From NCBI GenBank assembly GCA_965202985.1, contig CBDBCF010000002.1:576001-640000 (forward strand): a stretch of 64,000 bases of DNA, in the 5' to 3' direction. The position numbers were made by a program, and so were the translations under genes. The DNA comes from Longimicrobiales bacterium. Lineage in GTDB: Bacteria; Gemmatimonadota; Gemmatimonadetes; Longimicrobiales; Gaopeijiaceae. The notes beneath the pieces are model-generated. The model had not been told where the DNA came from, did not search any database, and worked only from the letters and a program-made list of their open reading frames with translations. This document shows positions 27,786 through 37,260 of this stretch, piece by piece; positions within the stretch are counted from its first letter, which is position 1; each line of letters opens with the position of its first letter.

Positions 27786-28645
27786 CGGCCCGTCCCTTCG
27801 GCGCGGGCGGCGGCGTCCAGGGCTTGGGCGGCAGCGTCCACGATGATCCCGCCCAGCACCTCGACCGTGGCGCGTCCTTCGGCGGAGGTGGCCGCCGCCG
27901 GGTCGCCGCAGTAGGCGTCCGGCACGCCGGCCTCGTCGAAGTCGGCGGCGCCGCGACGGGCCGCGGCCGACAGGGAGACCAGGCGGGGCGGAAGCCGGCG
28001 GCGGGCTTCGTCCCGTACCCGCTCGGGAGCGAAGGCCATCACCACCGACGTCTCGTAGCGGCCCGCGTGGCAGGCGCCGCTGCGGAACTCGGGCGTGAGC
28101 CGGGGCGCCCAGGGCTTCCGCGTGATGTCCGGAAAGACGACCGGCATGGCGCGGCCGCGACGGGACGGAGCGGCTTGGACGGCCCGGTGCAGCGCGGCCA
28201 AGTGGGCGGGGTCCAGGTGGGCGTTCGCCAGGACCAGAAGCTCGGCACCTTGGCGTTCCAGCGAAGCGGCAACGTCCCGCACCAGCGCGGCGACGGTGGC
28301 GGGCCGGACCGAGATCGTGCCGGGGAAGGCGGCGGCGAAAGGGGCCGCCGTGTAGGCCAGGGGCGGCAGCACCAGCGGGTGCAGGCCCAGGCGCCGGAGA
28401 CCGGGGACCGCGGCGTCCGCCGCCGCGCGGGCGATGACCACGTCCGTGTCCAGCGGCAGGTGAGGGCCGTGGGCCTCGACCGCTCCGACGGGGAGCAGCG
28501 CCGCCACGCGGGAGCGAAGGCGACGAGCGAGCGGCGCGCCGGGCGCGGGCGCTTCGTCGCCGTCGCCGCCGGTGTCCCCGCCGCGCGCCAGATCCGTCCA
28601 AGCCGCGCGTCCCCAGCGGCGTTCGTCCATTGACCGGCTCTTCAT
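27782..28645 (-). CDS. Creatininase/creatinine amidohydrolase-family protein
   Basis: LPVGAVEAHGPHLPLDTD, FPGTISV, NAHLDPAH and CHAGRYETS metal-binding motifs; start is 28645 or 28630. Confidence 0.88.
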   Translation of the reverse strand: MKSRSMDERRWGRAAWTDLARGGDTGGDGDEAPAPGAPLARRLRSRVAALLPVGAVEAHGPHLPLDTDVVIARAAADAAVPGLRRLGLHPLVLPPLAYTAAPFAAAFPGTISVRPATVAALVRDVAASLERQGAELLVLANAHLDPAHLAALHRAVQAAPSRRGRAMPVVFPDITRKPWAPRLTPEFRSGACHAGRYETSVVMAFAPERVRDEARRRLPPRLVSLSAAARRGAADFDEAGVPDAYCGDPAAATSAEGRATVEVLGGIIVDAAAQALDAAARAEGTGR

Positions 28646-28666
28646 CGTCCCCAAATGTACGCAACC

Positions 28667-30259
28667 ATGAGACCGGAACCGTCGGCGCCGCCGAACATCG
28701 CGGACTACTTCCTGGACGACCGGGTCCGCGAGGGGCGCGGAGACGGGATCGCCGTCCGCACCGCGCACGGGACCACGACGTACGCCGAGCTCCAGGCTCG
28801 GGCCAACCAGTTCGCCAACGCGCTCTCCGAGATGGGCGTCGGGCCGCGCGAGCGGGTCATGGTGGCGCTGGCCGACGGCCCCGACTTCGCCGCCGCCCTC
28901 TTCGGCGCCGTCAAGACCGGGGCGGCCGCCGTCATGGCGAACCCCCGGCTGCCGCCGCGCCAACTGCGGGAGCTGTTCGCCTACGTGGAGCCGCGGACGG
29001 CCGTGGTGGACGCAAGCCGCGCCCGGTACTTCCGTCGGGCCCGGTGGGGCGTGGACGAAGCGCCCGACTTGCTGACGATGGGGAACGAGCCCCGGCGCCG
29101 ACCTCGCGAGGCGGAGGACCAGCAGGGCGACCGGAGCGGCTCGATGGTGGACGCGGCCCCGACCGAGTTCTCCAACTTCGCGGCCGGTCCCGACGACCCG
29201 GCGATCTTTCTGTTCTCGGGCGGGACCACGGGCGTACCCAAGGCGGTCGTCCAGGGCCACGCTTCGTTCGCCAACTCCACCGAGCGCTACGCCAAGGGGG
29301 TCCTGGGCATGGGACCGGACGACGTCACCCTGTCCGTGCCCAAGCTCTACTTCGGGTACGCCACCGGGTCGAACCTGTTCTTCCCGATGGCCGTGGGCGC
29401 TTCGACGGCGCTGTTTCCGGAACGGTGCACGGCCGACGAGGTCTTCCGGCAGATCGAGCGGCATCGTCCCACGATTCTGATCAACGTTCCCACCATGGTG
29501 AATCAGATGGTGGCCCACCCGGACGCCGAGTCCCGCGACCTGAGCTGCCTGCGCTTGGCCACGTCCGCCGGAGAGCCCCTGCCCCGCCGCCTGCACGAGC
29601 GCTGGAACGACGCTTTCGGCGTGGAGCTGCTGGACGGGCTGGGCACCGCCGAGATGTGGCATGTGTTCATCTCCAACCGTCCCGGACAGGTGCGGATGGG
29701 CACGCTGGGCACGCCGGTGCCGGGCTTCGAAGTGAGTCTGCTGAACGAAAAGGGACGAGAGGCCGCCCCGGGCGAGACCGGACGGATGCGGGTTCGCGGC
29801 GGGTCGCTGGCCCAAGGCTACTGGAGACGCCCGGGCGACACGCGGAGCGCGTTCGTCGGGGGGTGGTATGTTTCGGGGGACATGATGACCCGGGACGCCG
29901 ACGGGCGCTTCGCCTACCGGGGCCGGGCCGACGACTTGCTCAAGGTCGCCGGGAAGTGGGTCTCGCCAGCGGAGGTGGAGGACTGTCTCATGGAGTGCCC
30001 CGAAGTGCAGGAGGCCGTGGTGGCGGGAGTGGAGACGCCCGACGAGCTGGTGGTGCCCGAGGCGTTCGTCGTGGCGCGGCCGGGAACGAACGTCGGGGTC
30101 GCGGCCAAGGCGGTTCGGGAGCGCTTGGCGGAGCGGCTTCAGCCTTACAAGCGCCCTCGGCGCCTTCACTTCCTGGACGCGCTGCCCCGCACCCACCTGG
30201 GGAAGGTGGACCGGGGAGCGCTCAAGTCCGGCCGGCGGGGACCCGGCTTCCCGGCGTGA
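28667..30259 (+). CDS. Benzoate/2-aminobenzoate-CoA ligase family (AbmG-like)
   Basis: FSGGTTGVPK, KLYFGYATG, SAGEPLP, DGLGTAEMWHVFISN and GRADDLLKVAGKWVSP; start is 28667 or 28655. Confidence 0.9.
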   Translation: MRPEPSAPPNIADYFLDDRVREGRGDGIAVRTAHGTTTYAELQARANQFANALSEMGVGPRERVMVALADGPDFAAALFGAVKTGAAAVMANPRLPPRQLRELFAYVEPRTAVVDASRARYFRRARWGVDEAPDLLTMGNEPRRRPREAEDQQGDRSGSMVDAAPTEFSNFAAGPDDPAIFLFSGGTTGVPKAVVQGHASFANSTERYAKGVLGMGPDDVTLSVPKLYFGYATGSNLFFPMAVGASTALFPERCTADEVFRQIERHRPTILINVPTMVNQMVAHPDAESRDLSCLRLATSAGEPLPRRLHERWNDAFGVELLDGLGTAEMWHVFISNRPGQVRMGTLGTPVPGFEVSLLNEKGREAAPGETGRMRVRGGSLAQGYWRRPGDTRSAFVGGWYVSGDMMTRDADGRFAYRGRADDLLKVAGKWVSPAEVEDCLMECPEVQEAVVAGVETPDELVVPEAFVVARPGTNVGVAAKAVRERLAERLQPYKRPRRLHFLDALPRTHLGKVDRGALKSGRRGPGFPA

Positions 30260-30876
30260 GCGCTCCGCTTCGCATTCCCGTGCTCGCCGGCTCCGTGCGT
30301 CGCGGTCGGCAGTCGATCAACGTGGCCCGCTTCGCGTGCGACCGGCTGGCCCGGACGGGCATCGAGGCGCCGCTGCTCGACTTGGCCGAGATCGACCTTC
30401 CGATCATGGAAGAGCGCCTGCACATGCGCGACGATCCGCCTCCGGGGCTGGTGGAGTTCGCGCGGGCGATCTCGGAGGCCGACGCGGTCGTTGTGGTGAG
30501 CCCCGAGTACCACGGGTCGATCCCCGGCGTGCTCAAGAACGCGCTGGACTACCTGCGCGGCGAGTGGGACCGGACGCCGGTGGGCATCGTCACCGTGTCG
30601 GCGGGCGGCTTCGGGGGCGTGCAGGTGCACAACCACCTGCAACTGTTGTTCCTGCGTCTCAAGGCGGTTCCCGTGGCGGCGATGGCCGTGTCGCACGTTT
30701 CCGGGAGCTTCGACGACGACGCCTCCGGACCCGAGGAGCGCTACGAGAAGGGGTTCGCGCAGCTGACCGAGACGCTGCGGTGGTACGCCGAGGCCCTGGG
30801 CGCCGCCAAGACCGCTGACGCGAGTCGGGACGGCGCCGGCGGTCCGCCCGCCGGGAGGGACGCGGGGCGCGGCTGA
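30256..30876 (+). CDS. NADPH-dependent FMN reductase
   Basis: GTG overlaps the ligase stop; GSVRRGRQS and SPEYHGSIPGVLKNALD motifs. Confidence 0.9.
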   Translation: MSAPLRIPVLAGSVRRGRQSINVARFACDRLARTGIEAPLLDLAEIDLPIMEERLHMRDDPPPGLVEFARAISEADAVVVVSPEYHGSIPGVLKNALDYLRGEWDRTPVGIVTVSAGGFGGVQVHNHLQLLFLRLKAVPVAAMAVSHVSGSFDDDASGPEERYEKGFAQLTETLRWYAEALGAAKTADASRDGAGGPPAGRDAGRG

Positions 30877-30928
30877 CCCCTCTCCCCGCCTTCCCGAAGA
30901 CCCGCCCTTCCGCCTGCGCCTGCTCGCC

Positions 30929-31858
30929 GTGGCAACCAACGAGACCGTCACGCCTCACCGGGACCGCAGGTCGGACCTGCTGGACCCGGCCACGCTGGCG
31001 CAGCTGGGCGGGATCGACATCGTTGCCCGACACGTGGTCCACGGCTTTCTGCTGGGACTGCACCGTTCGCCCAACCGCGGGTTCTCGGCCGAGTTCGCCG
31101 AACTGCGGGCGTACCGTCCCGGCGACGACCTGCGAACCCTGGACTGGCGCATGTACGCGCGATCCGATCGGTTCTACGTCAAGCAGTACGAGGAAGAGAC
31201 CAACCTGCGGGCGCATCTGCTGATCGACGCGAGCGAGTCCATGGCCTGGTCGTCCCGGGCGGGCCTGCCGTCGAAGCTGTGGTACGCCAAGCACTTGGCG
31301 GCGGCCCTGTCGCTGATCTTGATTCGACAGGGCGACATCGTGGGCCTGGTGGCGTTCCGCGATCGGATCGTTCGCCAAGTCCGCGCCCGGGGCGGCAAGG
31401 TACACTGGCGGATGTTGCTGCGGCACCTGCACGCCCTGGAGAGCGGCGGCCGGACCGACGCCGAGTCGGTGCTGCGCAAGGTGGCGATGCGACTGAGGCG
31501 CAAGGGGCTGGTCGTCCTGATCTCGGACCTCTTGCTGGAGCCCGCGGAGACGGCCAAGGCCCTGAAGTACTTGCAGCACACCGGCCACGAGGTGCTCGTG
31601 TTCCACTTGGTGGACCCGGGCGAACGAGACCTGCCCACGACGGGCGAGACCCGCTTCGTGGACCCGGAGACGGGCGAATCGCTGCAGGTGTCCGTGGCCG
31701 ACATGCGCCGACAGTATCGAAGCGCCGTCGAGGACGCCGTGGCCGAATGGACGAACGTGCTGACCAGCCGGGGGATCGCGTACGCCACGATCGGCACCGA
31801 CGAGCCCCTGTCCAGAGCGCTTCGCTTCTATCTGTGGAAGCGACAGCGGCTTCCGTAG
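30929..31858 (+). CDS. DUF58 (vWA-associated, MoxR-partner) protein
   Basis: GLHRSPNRGFSAEFAELRAYRPGDDLRTLDW, YVKQYEEET, LIDASESM and LISD motifs. Confidence 0.9.
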   Translation: MATNETVTPHRDRRSDLLDPATLAQLGGIDIVARHVVHGFLLGLHRSPNRGFSAEFAELRAYRPGDDLRTLDWRMYARSDRFYVKQYEEETNLRAHLLIDASESMAWSSRAGLPSKLWYAKHLAAALSLILIRQGDIVGLVAFRDRIVRQVRARGGKVHWRMLLRHLHALESGGRTDAESVLRKVAMRLRRKGLVVLISDLLLEPAETAKALKYLQHTGHEVLVFHLVDPGERDLPTTGETRFVDPETGESLQVSVADMRRQYRSAVEDAVAEWTNVLTSRGIAYATIGTDEPLSRALRFYLWKRQRLP

Positions 31859-31880
31859 GAGGGAGCGGCAAGGGCGGCGA

Positions 31881-33914
31881 ATGGGGTTTCTGAATCCCTG
31901 GTTCCTTGCGGCGGGCACGGCCGTGCTGGTTCCCTTGTTCCTGCACCTGTTCTACCGGCGCGAGAGCAAGACGTTCGCCTTTCCGGCGATCCGCTACCTG
32001 TTGCGGACGGAGCGGGAGCGGGCCAGCCAGATTCGGGCGCAGCAGCTGTTGTTGCTGTTGCTCAGGGGGGCGATCGTGGTGCTGCTGGCGCTGGCGGGAG
32101 CGCGCGTGCACCTCCGGGGCGGGGCCGGCAGCCACGAGCCCACGGCGCTGGCGTTGGTCCTGGACAACTCCATGAGCACGACCGTAGTGGACGGCGGGCG
32201 GCGCCACCTGGACGCGCTCAAGGCGGCGGCGCGCGTGAGCGTGGCCCAGGCCGGACACGACGACGTGATCTGGGTGATCGGGGCGGGAACCCCGTGGGAG
32301 AGGGCCGTGCCCGGCGGCGCGGCGCAGGCGTTGGCCGCCGTCGATTCGGTGCGGCCGGCGCATGGGCGCGCGGAGATGGCCCGGGTCGTCGCCCGGGCGC
32401 GGGCGCTGGTGGCGCAGAGCGGGCTGTCCGCAGGCGAAGTGCACGTCTTCACCGACCTGCAAGCGACGGCCTTCGACGGGGTCGAGGAGGGGGCCGGGGA
32501 CCCCAGCGTGCCTGTGGTGATCTTCGGGTTGCCGGCGGCTGGCGCGTCGCTTCAGGGAGAGGCGGACGGACGGGCGCGAGCTGCGGGAGGCGGCGGCCTC
32601 AACCGGGGGGTGGAGCGCGTGGTCTTCGACGGCGGTTTGGCACCGTTGGCGGGTCGGCGCGCGCACGTGTCGGCGCTGGTCTCCGGGGGCGCGCCGGGCG
32701 ACACGGTGGTCGCGCGGCTCTACGTGGGCGACCAAGTACGGGCCGCGGGCCGGGCGCCGGTCGGCGCTGCGGCGACGCTTCCGGCGGGGCCGTTCCGCGC
32801 GGGGCGGATCGAGGGCTGGGTGGAGATCGATCCCGACCCCCTTACCGCCGACGATCGGCGCTACTTCTCGTTCGCCGTTCGCGAGCCTCCGCTCGCCGCC
32901 CTGGCCGGCGACGCGCCGCTCTTCGCGCGGGAAGCGCTGGCGGTGCTGGAAGAGAGCGGGCGGGTCGCCCTGGTTGCGCCGGGCAGCGCCGAGGTCCTCG
33001 TGAGCGCCGGTGGCGAGGGGCTGGAACCGGCCGCGGCGGGACGGCAGGGGAGCACCGGTCGTCGAGCCGTGGTCTTCCCCTTGGCGGACGCGGCCCTGCT
33101 CCCGGCCCTCAATCGACGCTTGGCCGACGCCGGAATCCCGTTTCGCTACGCCGCGGCGGCCGCTGCTTCCGGGGCGCTTCGGGTGGCCGAACATGCGCTT
33201 CCCGTGGACTTGGCGGGGCTCGAGGTGCGTCATCGCTTCGCGGTCGAGCCGGCGGGGGCCGGCCCGGCGGCAGCGGCGTCTCGGGTCCTGGCCACATTGT
33301 CGAACGGCGACCCGTGGCTGTTGGCGGGCGTCGCGCCGCAGGGCGGCAGCTACGTCCTGATCGCGTCTCCCGTGGACGAAGAGTCCACTTCCCTGCCCGT
33401 GTCGGCGGCGATGCTCCCCCTTGTCGAGTGGGCGGTGGAGCACGGCGCCGGGACCGGCGGCGCGGGCACGCAGGGCGCCGTGGCCGGCGAAGCCTTCGTC
33501 CCGTCCCCCGCGGCCTCGACGATCGTGGACCCCCAAGGCGCACCGCATCGCGTAGACGGCGACCAGCCGTTCCCTGCGGCGACCGCCGGCCTCTATCGGG
33601 TGATGGCCGGCGACTCCGTGCTGGAGACGATCGCCGTCAACCCCCCGGCCGCCGAAACCGACCTGACGCCGTTGTCGCCGGCCGCGCTCGTCCAGGCGCT
33701 GCCGGGCGCCGTCGCCGTCGTGGACGACGCCGACGAATGGCGGGGCGAGATCTTTCGGGCAAAGCGGGGCTTGGAGCCCTGGCGGCTTCTGGCGCTCGCC
33801 CTGCTTGCGCTTGCGCTGGTCGAGAGCGCAGCCGCGGCCTCCACACGGGTCCTCTCGCGGACGCAAGGCGCCGCCGCGCCCGGACCCGTCTCGCCGAAAT
33901 CCGCCCGTGGCTGA
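31881..33914 (+). CDS. BatA-domain/vWA membrane protein
   Basis: MGFLNPWFL..PLFLHLF..FPAIRYL (BatA N-terminus), LDNSMS MIDAS-like motif, C-terminal TM helix. Confidence 0.85.
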   Translation: MGFLNPWFLAAGTAVLVPLFLHLFYRRESKTFAFPAIRYLLRTERERASQIRAQQLLLLLLRGAIVVLLALAGARVHLRGGAGSHEPTALALVLDNSMSTTVVDGGRRHLDALKAAARVSVAQAGHDDVIWVIGAGTPWERAVPGGAAQALAAVDSVRPAHGRAEMARVVARARALVAQSGLSAGEVHVFTDLQATAFDGVEEGAGDPSVPVVIFGLPAAGASLQGEADGRARAAGGGGLNRGVERVVFDGGLAPLAGRRAHVSALVSGGAPGDTVVARLYVGDQVRAAGRAPVGAAATLPAGPFRAGRIEGWVEIDPDPLTADDRRYFSFAVREPPLAALAGDAPLFAREALAVLEESGRVALVAPGSAEVLVSAGGEGLEPAAAGRQGSTGRRAVVFPLADAALLPALNRRLADAGIPFRYAAAAAASGALRVAEHALPVDLAGLEVRHRFAVEPAGAGPAAAASRVLATLSNGDPWLLAGVAPQGGSYVLIASPVDEESTSLPVSAAMLPLVEWAVEHGAGTGGAGTQGAVAGEAFVPSPAASTIVDPQGAPHRVDGDQPFPAATAGLYRVMAGDSVLETIAVNPPAAETDLTPLSPAALVQALPGAVAVVDDADEWRGEIFRAKRGLEPWRLLALALLALALVESAAAASTRVLSRTQGAAAPGPVSPKSARG

Positions 33915-36900
33915 CGCTTCCGCCTCGGCCCCTGCCCGCTTCCATGCGGTGGTCGAGGCGACTACCCAAGTCGGCGCTTTTCGCGACTTGGTCCGCGCCC
34001 TGCCGACCCCCGGCGAGACCGTCGGCGTCGGCGGAGCGGCAGGCAGCCTGCCGATGGCCGTGCTTGCCGCCCTGGTCGGCTTGCTGCCGAACCGGCTCTG
34101 GGTGGTCGCCGCCGCTTCGGCGCGCGACGCCGAGGCCCACCTGTCGGACCTGGAGACGCTGTTGGGTCCCGGCGCGGCCGTGGACTACCCCCAGCGCGAG
34201 GCGCCCGTCGCCGCCGGCGCCCGCGTCGACGGCGATCCGCCCGTGGAGATCTCGGGGCGTCGCGTCGAGGCCGTAGCGTCTCTGATGGCGGGCAAGTCGC
34301 GCGTGCTGGTCGCGACCCGCCGCGCGCTGCAAGAGGTCGCGCCGATCCCCGCCGGCTTGGCGGACCTGCGGTTCGTGGTCGCGACGGGAGACGCGCTTGG
34401 GCGGGAGGCGCTGATCGAAGCGCTGGACGCCCGAGGCTTCCGGCGAACGTCCACGGTGGAGGAGGTGGGCTGCTACGCCGTGCGCGGCGGACTGGTGGAC
34501 CTGTTCTCGTTCGGGGCGGCGGCGCCCGCGCGAGTGGAGTTCTGGGGAGACGAAATCGAGTCGGTTCGACTCTTCGACATCTTGGACCAGCGATCCACCG
34601 AGACCGTGGAGCGAGTGGATGTGCTGCCCGTGGACTTTCGCGCCGCCCGTCCCGCGCAGGACGCGGAAACGCAGAGCGCCCCGTGCTCGGTCCTGGACCG
34701 GCTGACCCGCGACACCACCCTGGTCCAGCTGGGCGCCGGTCCCTGGACCGACGAAGCCCAAGCCGCCTGGGCCGGCGCTCGGAGCGCCTACGACGACGCG
34801 GTCCGCTACGGCAACCCGGCCACGCCGCCGGAGTCCCTCTTCCTGTCGCCCGAGTCCCTCGAGGCCCGGTTGCGCCGGCTTCCCAGCCTGACGTTCGTCC
34901 CGGAGCACGTGGGCGCCCTCGTATTCGCGTCCGCACCGCCTCCGCCGATCGACAGAGACACGCGACAACTTCAAGTCTTCCTTGAACAAGAGGCCGGCAA
35001 CGACGTGCATACGCTGATCTTGTGCGACAACGACGGTCAGGCCAATCGTCTGGAGGAACTGGTCTCCGATCGGTTAGGGAGGCTACCCGCAGGCTGCCAA
35101 GTCGGCGTGGGCTCTCTTGCCGGCGGCTTCCGGCTGACCGATTCCCGCGCGCCGTTCAACGTCCTCACCGACCACGAAATCTTCCGGCGCAGCCCCAAGC
35201 TGCGGCGCAACCCGCGCTTCCGGGGCGCCGCCTCCCTGGAGAGCTTGGCCCAGCTGTCGCCCGGGGACTACGTGGTGCACATGGAGCACGGCATCGGGCG
35301 CTTCCAAGGGTTGGATCGCGTGGAGCTGGGCGGCAGCAGCGTCGAAGCTCTGATCATCGCCTACGACGGCGACGAGCGGCTTTGCGTGCCCGTCCACCGG
35401 CTGGACCAAGTGGAGCGCTGGGTGGACGCGGACCCGGACGCTCGACCCCGCCAAGTCCACCGAATCGGCGGCCGGCGGTGGAAGACGGTGCGCCAGCGGG
35501 CGGAGACGGCGATCGGGCAGATGACCGCCGAACTCCTGGAGCTGTACGCGGCCCGGCGGTCGAAGCCCGGTCACGCCTTTCCTCCGGACAGCCGCTGGCA
35601 GCGAGAGATGGAGTCGTCGTTCCTGTACGAGGACACGCCCGACCAGCGGGCGGCCGTGGATGCGATCAAGGCCGACATGGAGTCGCCCAAGGTCATGGAC
35701 CGGCTGGTCTGCGGAGACGTGGGCTACGGCAAGACCGAGGTGGCCGTGCGGGCCGCGTTCAAGGCCGTCCAGGACGGCAAGCAGGTGGCGGTGCTGGCCC
35801 CGACGACGGTGCTGGTGGCCCAGCACGCCAAGACGTTCGGGGAGCGCTTGGCCGACTACCCGGTTCGCGTCGCCGGGCTGTCGCGCTTCGATTCGCGCGA
35901 ACGCCAGCGGCAGGTGTTGCGGGAACTGGCGGCGGGCGCCGTCGATGTCGTGGTCGGCACTCACCGCCTCCTGTCGGCCGACGTGGCGTTCAAGGACTTG
36001 GGGCTGCTGGTGATCGACGAGGAGCAGCGCCTCGGGGTTCGCCAGAAGGAGCGGCTCAAGCGGATGCGCGCCACCGTGGACGTGCTGACGCTGACGGCCA
36101 CGCCCATTCCGCGAACCCTGTATCTGTCGCTGGCGGGGATCCGCGACCTGTCCCTGATCCGCACGCCGCCCCGGAATCGGAGGCCAGTCGTGACGCACGT
36201 GGTGCCTTGGAGCGACCAACTGGTGGCGGAGGCGTGCCGGCACGAGTTGGACCGGGGCGGCCAAGTCTTCTTTCTGCACAACCGCGTTCAGACGATCGAC
36301 ACCGTGGGCTCGCGCGTGCGAAGGCTGGTCGCGCCGGCTTCGGTGGACGTGGCTCACGGCCAGATGCCCGCCATGGAGCTGGACATCGCCATGACGCGTT
36401 TCGTGGAGGGCGAGACCGATGTGCTCGTCTGCTCGTCGATCATCGAGAACGGCCTGGACGTGCCCAACGCCAACACGCTCGTCGTGGACGGCGCCGACCG
36501 GTTCGGCCTGTCGCAGCTGTACCAGATCCGCGGGCGGGTCGGGCGCTCGGACCGGCGGGCGTTCTGCTACCTGATCGTGCCCGACGCGATCACCGTGGAC
36601 GCCGAGAAGCGCTTGCGGGTGCTTGAGCACTACACGGAGCTGGGAAGCGGATACCAGATTGCGCTGCGCGACTTGGAGGTGCGCGGGGCCGGGAACCTGT
36701 TGGGCGAGGACCAGTCGGGGTTCGCGCACGCCGTCGGGTTGGACACGTACCTTCGCCTGCTGGAGGATACGGTGCGGCGCATGCGGGACGGACCCGGCGC
36801 CGAGCGCCATCCTCGACCCGAGGTGACGATGGAAGCCGGCGCCTACTTGCCCGCCGACTACGTGGCCGACGACCACCAGAAGCTGCACTTCTACCGTAGG

Positions 36901-37260
36901 TTGTCGCGGATGGAGCGTCGGGCCGAAGTGGACGAGATGGCGGCGGAGATGACCGACCGCTTCGGCAAGCTGCCGGCGCCGGCCCGGCGCCTCCTGGACC
37001 AGCACCGCCTTGCGCTGGCGGGCCGCGCCGCCGGAGCCCAACGCATCCAGGTGCGCGAGGCGGGCGCGCGCGTGAACTTCCGGGCCGGCGTCATGCCTCG
37101 GATGTCGGCGCTGGAGGACGCCTTGGCGGGGGAACGGGTAGCCGTCGAGGTGCGCAGGATTTCCCCGTTCTCCATTGTGCTGGAGTGCTACGACGCGGAA
37201 CGAACGGCGACGGCGGCGGTCCGCGCCTTGACTGCGCTGGCGCCGGAGGGGAGCCGATGA
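33907..37260 (+). CDS. mfd: Transcription-repair coupling factor
   Basis: VRGGLVDLF, GDYVVHMEHGIGRF, CGDVGYGKTEVA, DEEQR, TATPIPRTL, QIRGRVGRS and RDLEVRGAGNLLG; GTG 33907. Confidence 0.97.
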   Translation: MADASASAPARFHAVVEATTQVGAFRDLVRALPTPGETVGVGGAAGSLPMAVLAALVGLLPNRLWVVAAASARDAEAHLSDLETLLGPGAAVDYPQREAPVAAGARVDGDPPVEISGRRVEAVASLMAGKSRVLVATRRALQEVAPIPAGLADLRFVVATGDALGREALIEALDARGFRRTSTVEEVGCYAVRGGLVDLFSFGAAAPARVEFWGDEIESVRLFDILDQRSTETVERVDVLPVDFRAARPAQDAETQSAPCSVLDRLTRDTTLVQLGAGPWTDEAQAAWAGARSAYDDAVRYGNPATPPESLFLSPESLEARLRRLPSLTFVPEHVGALVFASAPPPPIDRDTRQLQVFLEQEAGNDVHTLILCDNDGQANRLEELVSDRLGRLPAGCQVGVGSLAGGFRLTDSRAPFNVLTDHEIFRRSPKLRRNPRFRGAASLESLAQLSPGDYVVHMEHGIGRFQGLDRVELGGSSVEALIIAYDGDERLCVPVHRLDQVERWVDADPDARPRQVHRIGGRRWKTVRQRAETAIGQMTAELLELYAARRSKPGHAFPPDSRWQREMESSFLYEDTPDQRAAVDAIKADMESPKVMDRLVCGDVGYGKTEVAVRAAFKAVQDGKQVAVLAPTTVLVAQHAKTFGERLADYPVRVAGLSRFDSRERQRQVLRELAAGAVDVVVGTHRLLSADVAFKDLGLLVIDEEQRLGVRQKERLKRMRATVDVLTLTATPIPRTLYLSLAGIRDLSLIRTPPRNRRPVVTHVVPWSDQLVAEACRHELDRGGQVFFLHNRVQTIDTVGSRVRRLVAPASVDVAHGQMPAMELDIAMTRFVEGETDVLVCSSIIENGLDVPNANTLVVDGADRFGLSQLYQIRGRVGRSDRRAFCYLIVPDAITVDAEKRLRVLEHYTELGSGYQIALRDLEVRGAGNLLGEDQSGFAHAVGLDTYLRLLEDTVRRMRDGPGAERHPRPEVTMEAGAYLPADYVADDHQKLHFYRRLSRMERRAEVDEMAAEMTDRFGKLPAPARRLLDQHRLALAGRAAGAQRIQVREAGARVNFRAGVMPRMSALEDALAGERVAVEVRRISPFSIVLECYDAERTATAAVRALTALAPEGSR

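Noticed and set aside
34970..34986. TTCAAG-N5-CTTGAA inverted repeat in a slightly AT-richer patch of mfd
   Set aside because: A single 6-bp inverted repeat is expected by chance in 64 kb.
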